DNA of 63,907 bases, filler included, from Welwitschia mirabilis (GCA_051453625.1; 5 parts of one record of this genome joined end to end with filler, not necessarily neighbours in it); one strand, 5' to 3'; shown: positions 41,201-55,179, counted from the whole stretch's first letter. The notes: generated by a model from the sequence alone, not told the origin. A program made the numbers and translations.

Positions 41201-43666
41201 AAATAGAGAATATGCATCGATTTTCATAAAATCAATGAGATTATTAAAAAAGATCATCTTATCCTTTCTTGATCAAGTTCTTGATAGAATCCAAGGTCAT
41301 GCATACTATTATTTTCTTAATGGGTATAATAACTATAATCAAATTTGCATAGCAAGTAAAGACCAAGATGAAACTACTTTTACATCTTTGTTTGGAACCT
41401 TTACTTTTAAACAAATGTTTTTTGGACTTTGCAATGCCATTAAGACCTTCAAAGAGCCATGATGGGAATTTTTTTTGATATGATAGAAGACTCTATTGAA
41501 ATTTTTATGGATAAATTCTCCATCTTTGATGATATTTTTGAGCAAACTATAGTGAGATTAGAGTGGTTTATACTTAAGTTGGAAAAAGAGTTTTCTCCTT
41601 ATCTAATATGGAATTATTTTAAATAATCACATTTTAAAAGAAGGGATTAGGATGGACCCCTTAAAGTGAATATCATTAAAAGTCTTAAACCTTCAACTAA
41701 TGTTAAACAAGTTAGATCTTTCCTTGGACATGCTGGTTTTTATCACTAATTCATTCATGACTATACTAAAACTTGTAAACCTCTTAACTCCTTACTTGAA
41801 AAAGATGTTAAATTCAAGTGGACTGATTCTTGCCAACTTCCTTTTAAAACTTTTAAGGAATACATCTCTTTTAAACCTATTATCATGGGTCCTGATTGGA
41901 ATAAAAACTTTAAACTTATGTGTGATGCAAGTAACATTGCTATAGGAGGGGTTCTTAACTAAAAATATGAGAATGGTTTCAAAGTCATATCTTATCTTAG
42001 TAAAAATTTATTAAGTACCCAATCCAACTACACTACCACTAAGAGATAAATACTTGCTATTATCTTTTGCTTAGATCATCTTCAACATTATATTCTTGGT
42101 TTTTACATTAATGTTTACACAGATGACGTAGCCATACACTATCTCATGAATAAAAAAGATTCGAGTTCCAGAATTATTAGGTGGATCCTTTTAATGTAAT
42201 AATTTAATCTTACCATCATTAATAAGGCTAAAAAACATAAAAGCATTGCTGATCATCTTTCTCAACTTTCTTACTTCCATGATAAAATTCCCATTAATGA
42301 CTTCTTTTTTGATGAGCAACTCTTTGAAATTAAACAACTGTATGCTATCTCATCTTCTCATCCTGCTCTTTGGTATGCTAACATCATGAATTACCTTATA
42401 ACTATGAAAACTCCTTAGCATTAGAATCATAATCAACACAAAACTTTTCTTCATAGAATCAGTGGCTATGAATGGAATGAGCCTCATCTTTATACACATT
42501 GCAAAGATTGTGCTTGAATGGAAAACATTAGAAATTTTAAAACTTTGTCATGATGGAGAGGATACTTTAGTGGCTAAAAGCCCATCATGAAAATTTTTCA
42601 TCTATTTTTTATTGGCCTACTCTTTTTAAAGATTCATTTGACTTTCTAGGAAGTGTAATGCTTGTTAATGCTATGGTAGCCTAACTCACTATCATGATAT
42701 ACGCCTCAAACCTATACTTTAATGTAAATCTTTTGATTATTGGGGAACTAACTTTTTAGGCCTAATTACATCACCTTCTAATAAGAAAAATTATATCGTA
42801 GTAGCTGTGGATTATGTTACTAAGTGAGTTGAGGCTGTTCCTATCACTAAAATGATGCTCAAACTATTTGAAACTTTGTTTGAGCTCATATTTTTCAATG
42901 ATTTGGTTTTCCACAAATTATCATTAGTGATCAAGGAACTCTTTTCATTAATCACCTCTTTCAAAACTTCTTTTATCCATTGGTGTTGAAAATAGAATTG
43001 CTTGTGCTTATCATCCACAAATCAATGGTCAATCTAGAAATGCAAATAGAGAAATCATAAAAATGCTTTAAAAATTAGTCTCTGTTAATAAGAAGACTTG
43101 GTTCTCTAAACTTTATAATGTTCTTTAAGCTTACTGTATTTCATGGCATAACTCTCTAGGTTTCTCACCTTATGAATTTACATACGGCAAAGTGTGTGTA
43201 TTAGCAGTTGATGTTTGATATAATTCCTGTTGATCCATCCATCAAATTAACCTTGTGGACTTAAATGAAAATATTAAAATGTGTCTAGCCTAACTCGATC
43301 ATTTACATGAAAAACATACTCATGCCTTACATCGTCAACTCATTCATAAAACTTAGGCCAAGTTTTAACATGATAAAAAGATTATTCATAAATAGTTTAC
43401 ACTTGGTTAACTTATCTTGTTATATAACATCTAAGTACATCTTTTACACAACAACTTCTAAATGATTAGGTCCTTATATTATTGAAAAAGTACACTTAAA
43501 TGGATCAGTTAAAATCTCTGATCTAAACACTAGAGAAATCCAAAAGGTTAATGGACAAAGGTTAAAACTTTATGAGTTATCTCCTGATGAAACATTAAAC
43601 ATGATAGAATAACTTATTTTGGAAGCCCCTCTTCATGAGAAGGACCTTCCTTTTCCCATTATCTAA
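38269..43666 (+). pseudogene. gag-pol: gag-pol pseudogene of copy C
   Basis: PR ALIDIGVSVNIMPLHICK (40222-40539); RT FLDQVLDRIQGHAYYYFLNGYNNYNQI..FGLCNA; RNase H FKLMCDASNIAIGG; integrase WYANIMNYL, VAVDYVTK, IISDQGT, AYHPQINGQ. Confidence 0.93.
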
Positions 43667-44503
43667 ATTATTTTTTAAATAATTCCTTAAGTAAACATCA
43701 TGTTATTACTTAAATATCTTTAACTTAACATATGTATTTACTTATAAAGTTTCCATGATTAGTAATATTTTACTTAGCCATTTTTAATGATAAAATTAGC
43801 TTCATTCAATTTTCAAACATTCGTATGTCTATGAAATTTATTTTAGAAGGAAGATGCCTTGGTTCTTTTATTCTCTTGTAATGATGTAAGTACATTATCA
43901 TTCCTTTACTTTATTATTATAAGTACTTAGTCATGAGGAATGATACTTAAAAAAAAAGAAAAAAAAAGAAAAGAAAAGAAAAGAAAAGAAATAAAAAGAA
44001 AAAGAACCATGCTATTTCATGTTATATCTCCAAACATGGTAATCATGATGTCCTATTGCAAGAACACATAGGAAAATATTCCCAAGATAAGCCTTTGACA
44101 GTGTGATATAATAGCTGTGGGAACTCAACTGGGGGCTCAGTTGGCCATGCTATGTGGATCCTTACTCATATGATAGTGGTTTCACTCCTTTCATCATGTA
44201 AAAATGAATTGCATTTTAAGGCTATGAGATCAGTGGTGTCCCTGGCGTCATCAAAGGTATTTCTTGTTTTTTAAACTTATTTTTCTTTATTTATTTCTTG
44301 TATTTCCGCATGATCACTCTATGTTCTACATGCTAGTGATTGTTCTAATATGGTAGCTTGTGAGTTCTNNNNNNNNNNNNNNNNNNNNNNNNNNNNNNNN
44401 NNNNNNNNNNNNNNNNNNNNNNNNNNNNNNNNNNNNNNNNNNNNNNNNNNNNNNNNNNNNNNNNNNNNAGAACTTCAAAATTGCATAAATTCACACTACA
44501 ACA

Positions 44504-44523
44504 TTTTGGCGCCAGTGCTGGGA
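44504..44523 (+). promoter_or_regulatory. Primer binding site, tRNA-Asp type (Athila-like)
   Basis: TTTTGGCGCCAGTGCTGGGA directly after the LTR CA; close to the Athila PBS TGGCGCCGTTGCCGGGGA. Confidence 0.8.
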
Positions 44524-44970
44524 AAGGTCATAAGGAGCTAGGAGAATTATCACTAACTAAATTAAAGTAGGTTTATTTCTACAAACTTTATTTTCCACAA
44601 TTTTTCTTAAGGATCCTGTCATTTTTTCTGTCATCCCCATGACATAGGGTAGGACAATTTCATATTCTGAAATTAGTTTCTATTCTTCATAATTTTTTTT
44701 TTCATAATAAACTGTTGTTTTGTCTATCGTCCACATAACTAGAAGGATGATAGTATTAAAATTTTCTTACATTTTTTATATTTTATTTTCTTTAAAATAA
44801 ATATACTATCTTCCTTCCTGTCATCCACATGACAATCAAGATGACAACCTATCAAAATGTTTTTAGTTTCATATTTTTATTACTATAATCATCGTCCTCC
44901 CTATCGTCCTCACGATAAGGAGGATAATGATTTACTATATTTGATTTTGAATTTTTGTTAATTATTGAGC

Positions 44971-47900
44971 ATGTAGGGATATGATGAATTTTAGTAAGAA
45001 AATAAAATATTAAAGAGAATGGAACTTGATTGAAGAAAATATAAGAAAAAGACTATTCAACTTTGAGCTAAATCTAGGTATGCACACACTAGGTACTCAA
45101 ATTCCCAAAATTAAAGAAGAAGATTTTTCTACTTTTATTATTTCAGAATCAGATTTTGCAAAAGAAAATTATAGTTTAGAAGTCAATCATCTTGTTTCTT
45201 TGAATATGTCAAACTTATCAAAAGTGTCATAAAAAAAAATCAAGTTGCTTTATCTAATACCCCAATCATAATAGAAACTTCTTCATCAAATGTGAACATT
45301 ACTCTTAGGGATTTAATTGCTAATAAAAAATATGAAATTCAAAAGCCTTTTGATTTATCTCTTAGAGACAATGTAGAATAAAGAAATTTAAGTGCTTATC
45401 CAACTTTTTTGATGGAACTAGAGGAAGATCCTTTTCAACATTTAGCTGACATTAAACAACCTATGCTTACCTCAGGAAATGGAAAAAAACATATTAGTGA
45501 TCAAACTTAGATGATTATTTTTTTCATTACACTTAAAGGAGAGCAAAAGTTTGGCTCAAATCCATCCCATATAAAAGCTTTAAATATCAGATTCAAGTGT
45601 AAGAAATATTCATTAAAAGGTTTTTGAGTGAGAGTTCTACAAGGAAGAGAAGAAAAAAGTAATCAACTTTTAATAACAAACTCATGCGAATTATGCAATA
45701 GCTTATGAATGTTTTATAATTACTAGCCATTCCAACCCTATTGATAAATTTCATATAGTAGATTATTTTTATAGTGGATTAAATGCTTTAACAAAATAAC
45801 TTATAGATTTTTCTTGTGAAGGTAATTTTTTGAACTTAGGCCTAGATGATGCATGCAGTGTGCCTGAAAATTTGGTAGAAATAAGTCAAACTTGGCCAAA
45901 ATCCACTAAAAAAAATTTCACTATAGAAAAAATTCTAATAGATTTAAAAGAAGTGAAGCATGACTAGGAAGAAAAAAGGGAGGACTCAACTAGTTTAATG
46001 AAAGATTTCACCACTACTTTCGAGAAGTATACCCAAATGATAGTTGATNNNNNNNNNNNNNNNNNNNNNNNNNNNNNNNNNNNNNNNNNNNNNNNNNNNN
46101 NNNNNNNNNNNNNNNNNNNNNNNNNNNNNNNNNNNNNNNNNNNNNNNNNNNNNNNNNNNNNNNNNNNNNNNNNNNNNNNNNNNNNNNNNNNNNNNNNNNN
46201 NNNNNNNNNNNNNNNNNNNNNNNNNNNNNNNNNNNNNNNNNNNNNNNNNNNNNNNNNNNNNNNNNNNNNNNNNNNNNNNNNNNNNNNNNNNNNNNNNNNN
46301 NNNNNNNNNNNNNNNNNNNNNNNNNNNNNNNNNNNNNNNNNNNNNNNNNNNNNNNNNNNNNNNNNNNNNNNNNNNNNNNNNNNNNNNNNNNNNNNNNNNN
46401 NNNNNNNNNNNNNNNNNNNNNNNNNNNNNNNNNNNNNNNNNNNNNNNNNNNNNNNNNNNNNNNNNNNNNNNNNNNNNNNNNNNNNNNNNNNNNNNNNNNN
46501 NNNNNNNNNNNNNNNNNNNNNNNNNNNNNNNNNNNNNNNNNNNNNNNNNNNNNNNNNNNNNNNNNNNNNNNNNNNNNNNNNNNNNNNNNNNNNNNNNNNN
46601 NNNNNNNNNNNNNNNNNNNNNNNNNNNNNNNNNNNNNNNNNNNNNNNNNNNNNNNNNNNNNNNNNNNNNNNNNNNNNNNNNNNNNNNNNNNNNNNNNNNN
46701 NNNNNNNNNNNNNNNNNNNNNNNNNNNNNNNNNNNNNNNNNNNNNNNNNNNNNNNNNNNNNNNNNNNNNNNNNNNCCAGCAAACGAATGTCCTTTGTTAT
46801 CAACATGTAAATAAAAGATGTTTAAGGAAGTGTGTGCCTTCAATTAAAGAGCACCTAACTTTAAGAAGCAACCACAATTCCAACCAATACGAGGTGGACA
46901 ACCTCAATGGAAACCATTTGAAAATAGATTTAGGAATTCCAACTTTCAACCAAAATTTCAACAAAATATGAATGTTCCCCTTATAAAATCCATAAAAGAA
47001 ATAAGAAAAGTATAGGAAAAAACTAATAATAACATTAAGAACCTAGTAAATGTTCTTCAACAAACAATGATTACCAACTAAAAATCATAAGGTTCTCTTG
47101 CTTTTCAACCAATACCCAACCCAAATGAAGTTAGGAGAGATTTAAAAATAGTGATAAGAAGTGGAAAGAATAAAATACCTTCTAACCATTAGGTTTCAAT
47201 TTCTAAACAAAATGAAACAAATTAGAAAGATGATATTGAAATTTTAGATTCTTACAACTTTCCATCTACATCACTTGCAAAGGCCTCTACTACAAATACT
47301 TCAAAGGAAAATAAAGGAAAGAAATCATCCATCCCTTAACTTAATAGATTAAACATAAATCCTATCTTTGATGAATACCTTAAAGCCTTGATGCAAGAAA
47401 TCAACATCATCTTTCCCTTTTGGAAACTCTTATAAGAAAATCCCAAATATTATAAGTTATGGAAAGATTTAATAAGAATAAAATAAAAATATATCATTCC
47501 TAGCAAATTTTTTTATGTTCGATCTCTTTCCAACTTAGTTATGTAAAAATATCCTAAATTCAAATATCCTAGGGTTGCAATTATAAGTGTTACTTTAGAA
47601 GGAAACAAAAGAATTCAAAGGCTTTAATTGACATAGGAACAAGTGTAAACATCATGCCTCTTCACATATATAAAAGACTTGGGTTAGAAAGTAGAGTTAA
47701 ACCTACACCTATCATCCTAAAATTAGCTGATACCTTAATTAAGAGACCATTAAGAATTATCAAAGACCTAGTTATCTAAATTAAGAAAGATTTCTATCCC
47801 ATTGATGTTGTTAAAGAGACCATTAAGAATTATCAAAGACCTAGTTATCCAAATTAAGGAAGATTTCTATCCCATTGATGTTGTCATAATTGAGATAGAA

Positions 47901-50900
47901 CATGATGGAGGATATCCACTACTTTTAGGGAGAGCCTTTTGTGCAACTACCTATTATATCAGTGACACACGATCTAGAATGATGAGATATCATTTTGATA
48001 ATAAAGAAATTACCATTAAAGTCTTTAATGCTGCTGAGAGAGATACAGGAATTGAGTTTAACATTAAAGATGAATTGAAACCAACCTTATTTTTACAACA
48101 TAGATTAATAGAAGAGTGATTAATCATGCTGCATGAACCAACTTTATATGATGACCCCATTGAAACAAACTATCTTAAGTCTAAGGATGAAGAACACAAA
48201 GAATGGGAAGAAGCTCAACATCTTTACTCAATAAAAAAACTTTTTGAAAAGTGTCATCCCACATTTGTCATCCTCACAACAGATGGGATGATAGCCTAGC
48301 CTATCACCCATGAGCTTAAGAAATTGTCCCAAGGTATAAAATACATTTTTCTTTTCAAAAATCAAATGAAACCATTGATAATCAATGACCTTATTACTTC
48401 TCAACAAGAATCCGATTTGATCTCACTCTTAAAATCAAAGAAAAATGTCTTTTATTAGACATATAAAGATCTAGATGCACATAAATAAATCATTAAAGAT
48501 GAAATCATTAAAATTATGGATGTTATAATTATATATGCCATAGCTAATAGTGAGTAGGTTAGTCCTTTAATAGTAGCTCCAAAAAAAGAGGGCAAATGAA
48601 GAATTTGCATTGATTTTTAAAAACTTAATAAGGTCAATAAAAAATATCATTACCCTTTACCCTTTCTTGATCAAGTGCTTTGATAGAATCCAAGGTTATG
48701 CCTACTATTATTTTCTTAATGGGATAGTGGTTATAATTAGATTTGCATAGTAATTAAAGACCAAGCTAAAACTACTTTCACATCTCCCTTTAGAACTTTT
48801 TCTTTTAAACAAATGCCTTTTGGACTTTGCAATGCCCTAGAACCTTTTAAAGAGCCATAATAGGAATTTTTTTTAAAATAATAGAAGACTTTATTAAAAT
48901 TTTTATGGATGACTTCTCCATCTTTGATGATACTTTTAAGCAAACTATAGTTAAGTTAGAAAAAGTCCTAGATCGATGTATTAAAAGTGGTTTGCACTTG
49001 AGTTGGGAAAAGAGTTTTCTCCTTGTCCAATATAAAATTATTTTAGGTCATCACATTTCAAAAGAATGGATTCAAATAAAACCCTCAAAAGTGGACATCA
49101 TTAAAAATATTAATCCTCCAACTAATGTTAAACAAGTTAGATCGTTTCTTGAACATATTGGGTTTTATTAATGATTCATTCATGACTATGCTAAAACTTG
49201 TAAATCTCTCCACTTCTTACTTGAAAAAGATATTAAATTTGAGTGGACTAATTCTTATCAACTTGCTTTTAAAATGCTTAAGGAAAACATCTCTTCAAAT
49301 CCTATTATCATAGGTCTTAATTGGAATAAAGATTTTGAACTTATATTTGATGCAAGCAACATTACCGTAGGAGGGATTATTGGCCAAAAATATGACAATG
49401 GTTTTAAATTTATATCTTTTCTTAAAAAAACTTTTATAATTGTCCATTCAAACTATACTACCACTGAGAAAAAAATGCTTTTTCTTAGATCATCTTTAAC
49501 ATTATCTTCTTGGTTTTTATATTAATGTTCACATAGACCATGTAGTCATCCGCTATCTCATGATTAAAAATGATTTGAGTATCAAACTTATTAGGTGAAT
49601 CATTTTAATGCAAGAATTTATTCTTACCATCATTATTAAGGCTAAAAAACATAATAGCATTGCTGATCCTCTTTATCAACTTTCTTGCTTCCATGATAAA
49701 ATTTCCATTAATGGCTCCTTTCCTGATGAACAACTATTTACAATTAAATAATTGTATGCTATCTTATCTTCTTACCTTGCTCCTTAGTATGCTGACATCG
49801 TGACTTTCCTGATGAGTATAAAAAATCCTCAGCATTAGAACTATAATCAACATAAAACTTTTCTTCATAGGATCCGTAACTATGAATGGAATGAGCCTCA
49901 TCTTTATATATGTTGCAAAGATCAGATTATGTGTGAGTTTATTTTTGAATGGAAATATTAAACACTTTAAAACTTTACCATGGTGGAGTATATGGAGGAT
50001 ACTTTAGTGGTCAAAAGACCACCATGAAAATTCTTTACTTTAGTTTTTATTGGTTTACTCTTTTCAAAGATTTATTTGACTTTTCTAGGAAGTGTAATGC
50101 TTATCAATACTATGGTAGAGTGTGATGCTTATCAACACTATGGTAGACTAACTCATTCTCATGATATATCCCTCAAACCCATACATAAATGTGAACCTTT
50201 TTATTATTGGGAAATCAACTTTGTAGGCCCATTTAAATCACCTTTTAATGAGAAAAATTATATCCTAGTAGATATGGATTATGTTACTAAGTGGGTTGAA
50301 GTTGCTTCTACCACCAAAGATGATGCCCGAACTATTTGCAACTTTGTTAGAACTCATATTTTTCAACAATTTGATTTTCTATGAATTATCATTAGTGATC
50401 CAAGAATTCACTTCATTAATCACATCTTTCAAAAACTTCTTTTATCCATTGGCATTGAACATAGAATTGCTTATACCTATCATCCTCAAACCAATGGTCA
50501 AGCTGAAAATGCAAATAGAGAGATCAAGAAAATGCTTTAAAAATTAGTCTCTGTCAATAATAAGACTTGGTCCTCAAAACTTAATAATGTTCTTTAGGCT
50601 TGCCGTATGACTTAACATGAGTCTTTAGGTTTCTCATCCTATGAACTAGTGTACAGTAAAGTATGTGTGTTACCAGTTGATCTTTTTTATAATTCTTATT
50701 GATCCATCCATCAACTTAACCTTGTTAACTTGAATGAAAATATTAAAATCCATCTAGTATAACTTGACTAGTTAGATGAAAAATGTAATCATGCCTTATA
50801 CCATTAACTCATTCATAAAACTCAGGCCAAGTTTTGACATGATAAAAAGATTATTCATAAATAGTTTAAACCTATCCAAATTATTTTGTTGTATAATAGT

Positions 50901-51125
50901 TGACAACAAGTTAACTTATAAATGATTAGGTCCTTATCCTATAGAAAAATACATTCAAATGGCTCAGTTAAAATCTCTAATCTAAATACTAAAGAAATCT
51001 AAAAGGTTAATGAATAAAGGTTAAAACTTTATGAGTCATCTCCTGATGGAATCTTGAACATGATAGAAGCACTTATTTTGGAAGCCCATCCTCATAAAAA
51101 GAACCTTCCTTTTGCCATTATTTAA
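44971..51125 (+). pseudogene. gag-pol: gag-pol pseudogene of copy D (with internal gap)
   Basis: RT catalytic FMDDFSIF (~48900); RNase H FELIFDASNITVGG..NYTTTEK; integrase YWEINFVGP..DYVTKWVE and [20 protein letters not shown]. Confidence 0.93.
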
Positions 51126-52433
51126 ATTCTTTCTTAACTCATTCCTTAAGTAAACATAATGTTATCACTTGAGTATCTTTAAATTGACATATGTATTTAT
51201 ATATAAAGTTTATATGATTAGTAATATTTTACATGGGCATTTTAATGATAAGATTGACTTCATCCAATTTTTAGATATTCGTACATCTATAAACTTCATG
51301 TTATAAAAACGATGTCTTGGTTATTTTATTTTCTTTTAATGATGTGAGTACATTAGTTGTTTTTGCATGTTCTTACTTTATTACTCATCTCATTCCTTTA
51401 CTTTTGTACTTACAAGTACTTGGTCATGTGGAATGATACACAAAAAAGAAAAAAAAAGAAAAGAAGAGGAAGAAACCATGCTCTTTCATGCTATATCTTC
51501 AAAACATGGTAAGTATGGTGTCCTTCCATAAGCACACCAGGGCAATATTCCTCAAAGTAACCTTTGGCAGTGTGCTATGCTAGCTATGGGAATTCCACTA
51601 GGGGGTCAATTAGCCATGCTATGTAAGTCCTTACTCCTTTGATAGTGGTTGCGTTTCCCTCACCATTTAAAAATAAATTGCATTTTAAGGCTATGAGATT
51701 AGTGGTGTCTCTAGTATCAATAGAGGCATTTCTTATTTTTTAGACTTATTTTTCTTTATTTCTTTCTAGTACTTTCACATGATCACTCTACTTTCCCGAT
51801 TCTAGTAATTTTTTTGATATGGTAGCTTGTAAGTTTCTATTTTAAAACTACTTTTTATCTTATCATTTATTGTTTGATAACACTAGCATACTCGACATTA
51901 TTATAATCATTGCCTATTTGAGTAGAACATTATGAATTTTTACATTACGTCATGCATCATTATCATGTGATTTTATAATTGTTACTAAGAAAATTTGTTA
52001 AGTTAGTATTTAGGATAAGAAAGTAATCTTCTTCATGTTCCTAGTTATTCATTTTCATTTTTGTTTTTATTTAGTTGTTTTGTTGGATTTTCAAAGTCAT
52101 TCTTAATACTTTTTTAGCATCATGTTATGAATTTAATCATTTTATAGTTCCTTGTTATTTATTCATAATTTTTTCTAGAGGATTGTTATTTTCTTTCTAA
52201 TGGGTTTTCATGATCTAATGAGTTCCAGTTTTCCATAAGTTTGGGCACATTTGAGAAGTCTTTGAGCATTGTTTCTTTCCATTTAGTGCATTTTATTCTA
52301 CTATTACCTTTCCCTTCTCCACCATGAGGTTACNNNNNNNNNNNNNNNNNNNNNNNNNNNNNNNNNNNNNNNNNNNNNNNNNNNNNNNNNNNNNNNNNNN
52401 NNNNNNNNNNNNNNNNNNNNNNNNNNNNNNNNN

Positions 52434-55179
52434 TGACAGTGGTTGCATCCCCTCATCATAGAAAAATAAATTCCTTTTCTTCATTTATTTTTAGTATTTC
52501 CACATGATCACTCTACTTTTTGGATTCTAGTGCTTGTTTTGATATGCTAGCTTGTAATTTCCTATTTTAAAAATAGCTTTTTATTTTATCATTTATTATT
52601 TGATAACATTGGCATCCTCGACATCATCATACTCATTACCTATTTGAGTGGAAATTTATGATTCTTTACATTATGTCATGCATCATTATCAAGTGATTTT
52701 ATGATTATTGCCATGAGAATTTGTTAGGTTAGCATTTAGGATAATCACGTAATCTTCTTCATGTTCCTAGTTGTTTATTTTCATTTCTTTTTCTTTAGTT
52801 ATTTTGTTGGATTTTCAAAGTTATTCTTCATACTTTTTCAGCATCATATTATGAACCTAATCATTTTCTAGTTTCTTCTTAATTCTTCATCATGTTTTCT
52901 AGAGGATTGTTGTTTCTTTCTGATAGGTTTTTATGATATGATGAGTTCTAGCTTTCTATGTGTTTGGGCATATCTGAGGCATCTTTAACATTATTTCTTC
53001 CCATTTAGTGCATTCTCCTCTACTATTACCTTTTTCTTCTTCACTAGGCAGTCACTTTTTAAGCTGATTCTTTGTTTTTTCTATGGCTGTTATCTCCTTT
53101 CTATTGTTTTTTTATATTTTTTGGTTTTTTGAAAATTATTTGGCTTCATCTTCCTATCCAAACATCTATTTTAATGACTGTTATCCCACATCTACTGTCC
53201 CAATGACAAAGGAGCTGACACTCCTCTTCTATTCATGGTGCAATTTGGGATATCTTGCTTCTCCTATGGGGGAGTAGGACATATTTCTGAGCATTAATCT
53301 ATACTTATTAGCATAAATTTTTCAATTCCTGAGCTTTCATAATTAAACTTTGTAATGGATTGTTTGGATGAGTTTTTCATGTTATTTGAATAAATTGTTT
53401 GGAGAGTTCATGAACTTTATCTTATAGGATCTAGTAAGCACTCTCACATGTTTTTCCATAGCCATGTTTTTCAGATCATCTAAATTACGCTATATCTACT
53501 TTTATCCTTTGCCTTTTTGATAAGACATCATGTTCTAGAAAATAGCACTACTTAAGATTATCTCAATAGTCCATTATCACTATTTCTATAATATGCATAC
53601 ACAGTTTTATTTTTAGAAGCCATTAGAAGTACATTTTTATGATTTCTATATGTATATTGCATTTATTTATTCTATAATAAAATGCTTAAGTAGGGGGCTA
53701 AGGAAAATTCATCAGCACTTGTATCAATTACCTGTTGATGATATCACATGATTTTATGAACTTAATTTACATCCTTTCAAGCACTCTTTTTTTATCTTAG
53801 TCAAATTAGCTCATAATCTAGTTAATCACTTGTTTTATCAAAGACTAATAAGGCTAACTAAAGAACTATGTTATGATACCAATTTATAGGAATTTAATGG
53901 TGTATTTTGAGTACTTTTGCAGGACATTCACACAGGTTTTGATGCAATACTGATGACTATGGAGATCTGACAAGATGATCAGTAAAATATGTAATCCTTA
54001 TCATTTTTGATAGTTTCTTAGGGCTATTCTAATATTGCATATTTGGAAGAAGGACCTTATGATAAAAAAGACTAACTTATCTTGAAGATGGGAGAAAAGA
54101 AAGATCATCATCCCCTTTGTCATTTATATGATAAGTAGGATGATAGCACTGCTGATATGGATAGAGGATGTGGGACTAATAGAAGCACATGGAGCACATA
54201 GAGACATGTGGGATTATCCCTTATGTCATCCACACAATAGGCAAGATGATGGNNNNNNNNNNNNNNNNNNNNGAGGTCAGTGGTAGATAGCGTCATACCC
54301 TTTGTCATTCCCACGATAGTCTGGACAACAATTGTTTTTACATGTTTGGAAGAAATATTCTTTTAAATAACGTCAAACAACCCATGCAGATTATTAGGAT
54401 ATTTTTTCCCACCTTTAGCTTTTTTCTTCCAAAACCTCAAATGAAAAACTATAAATACCCTTCCCCTCCTTCATTTCTATTCCATCTTTTATACTTGATA
54501 CTTGNNNNNNNNNNNNNNNNNNNNNNNNNNNNNNNNNNNNNNNNNNNNNNNNNNNNNNNNNNNNNNNNNNNNNNNNNNNNNNNNNNNNNNNNNNNNNNNN
54601 NNNNNNNNNNNNNNNNNNNNNNNNNNNNNNNNNNNNNNNNNNNNNNNNNNNNNNNNNNNNNNNNNNNNNNNNNNNNNNNNNNNNNNNNNNNNNNNNNNNN
54701 NNNNNNNNNNNNNNNNNNNNNNNNNNNNNNNNNNNNNNNNNNNNNNNNNNNNNNNNNNNNNNNNNNNNNNNNNNNNNNNNNNNNNNNNNNNNNNNNNNNN
54801 NNNNNNNNNNNNNNNNNNNNNNNNNNNNNNNNNNNNNNNNNNNNNNNNNNNNNNNNNNNNNNNNNNNNNNNNNNNNNNNNNNNNNNNNNNNNNNNNNNNN
54901 NNNNNNNNNNNNNNNNNNNNNNNNNNNNNNNNNNNNNNNNNNNNNNNNNNNNNNNNNNNNNNNNNNNNNNNNNNNNNNNNNNNNNNNNNNNNNNNNNNNN
55001 NNNNNNNNNNNNNNNNNNNNNNNNNNNNNNNNNNNNNNNNNNNNNNNNNNNNNNNNNCCTTTATTGGATTATGAAATTCGGGTGAACTCCTATCTATACT
55101 AGCATGTGTTTTCTGCAAGTTAGATGATTTATAGGTTTATCTAAAGAGATTCAGTATTTCATAAATTCACACTACAATA
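52434..55179 (+). mobile_element. 3'UTR and 3' LTR of a further Athila-like copy (E)
   Basis: 52434-53050 repeats 51640-52330 with divergence. A decayed PPT precedes LTR 53869-55179 (gapped), which ends CACACTACAATA with no PBS after it. Confidence 0.85.

Larger units (their letters stand above)
36364..44368 (+). mobile_element. Athila-like element, copy C (5' LTR to 3'UTR, ends in a gap)
   Basis: LTR 36364-37723, decayed PBS TTTTGATGCTATTGCTAGG, gag-pol remnants, 3'UTR with an (AAAAG)n tract and the conserved block at 44044-44258. Confidence 0.92.
44469..52333 (+). mobile_element. Athila-like element, copy D (LTR end, PBS, gag-pol, 3'UTR; both ends in gaps)
   Basis: LTR end ...CACACTACAACA (44503), then PBS, then an internal region colinear with copy C. 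Confidence 0.92.

Noticed and set aside
45964-46843. Long ORFs in the track (also 25832-26389, 54342-55118, 56507-56968)
   Set aside because: Composed mostly of X from N gaps.
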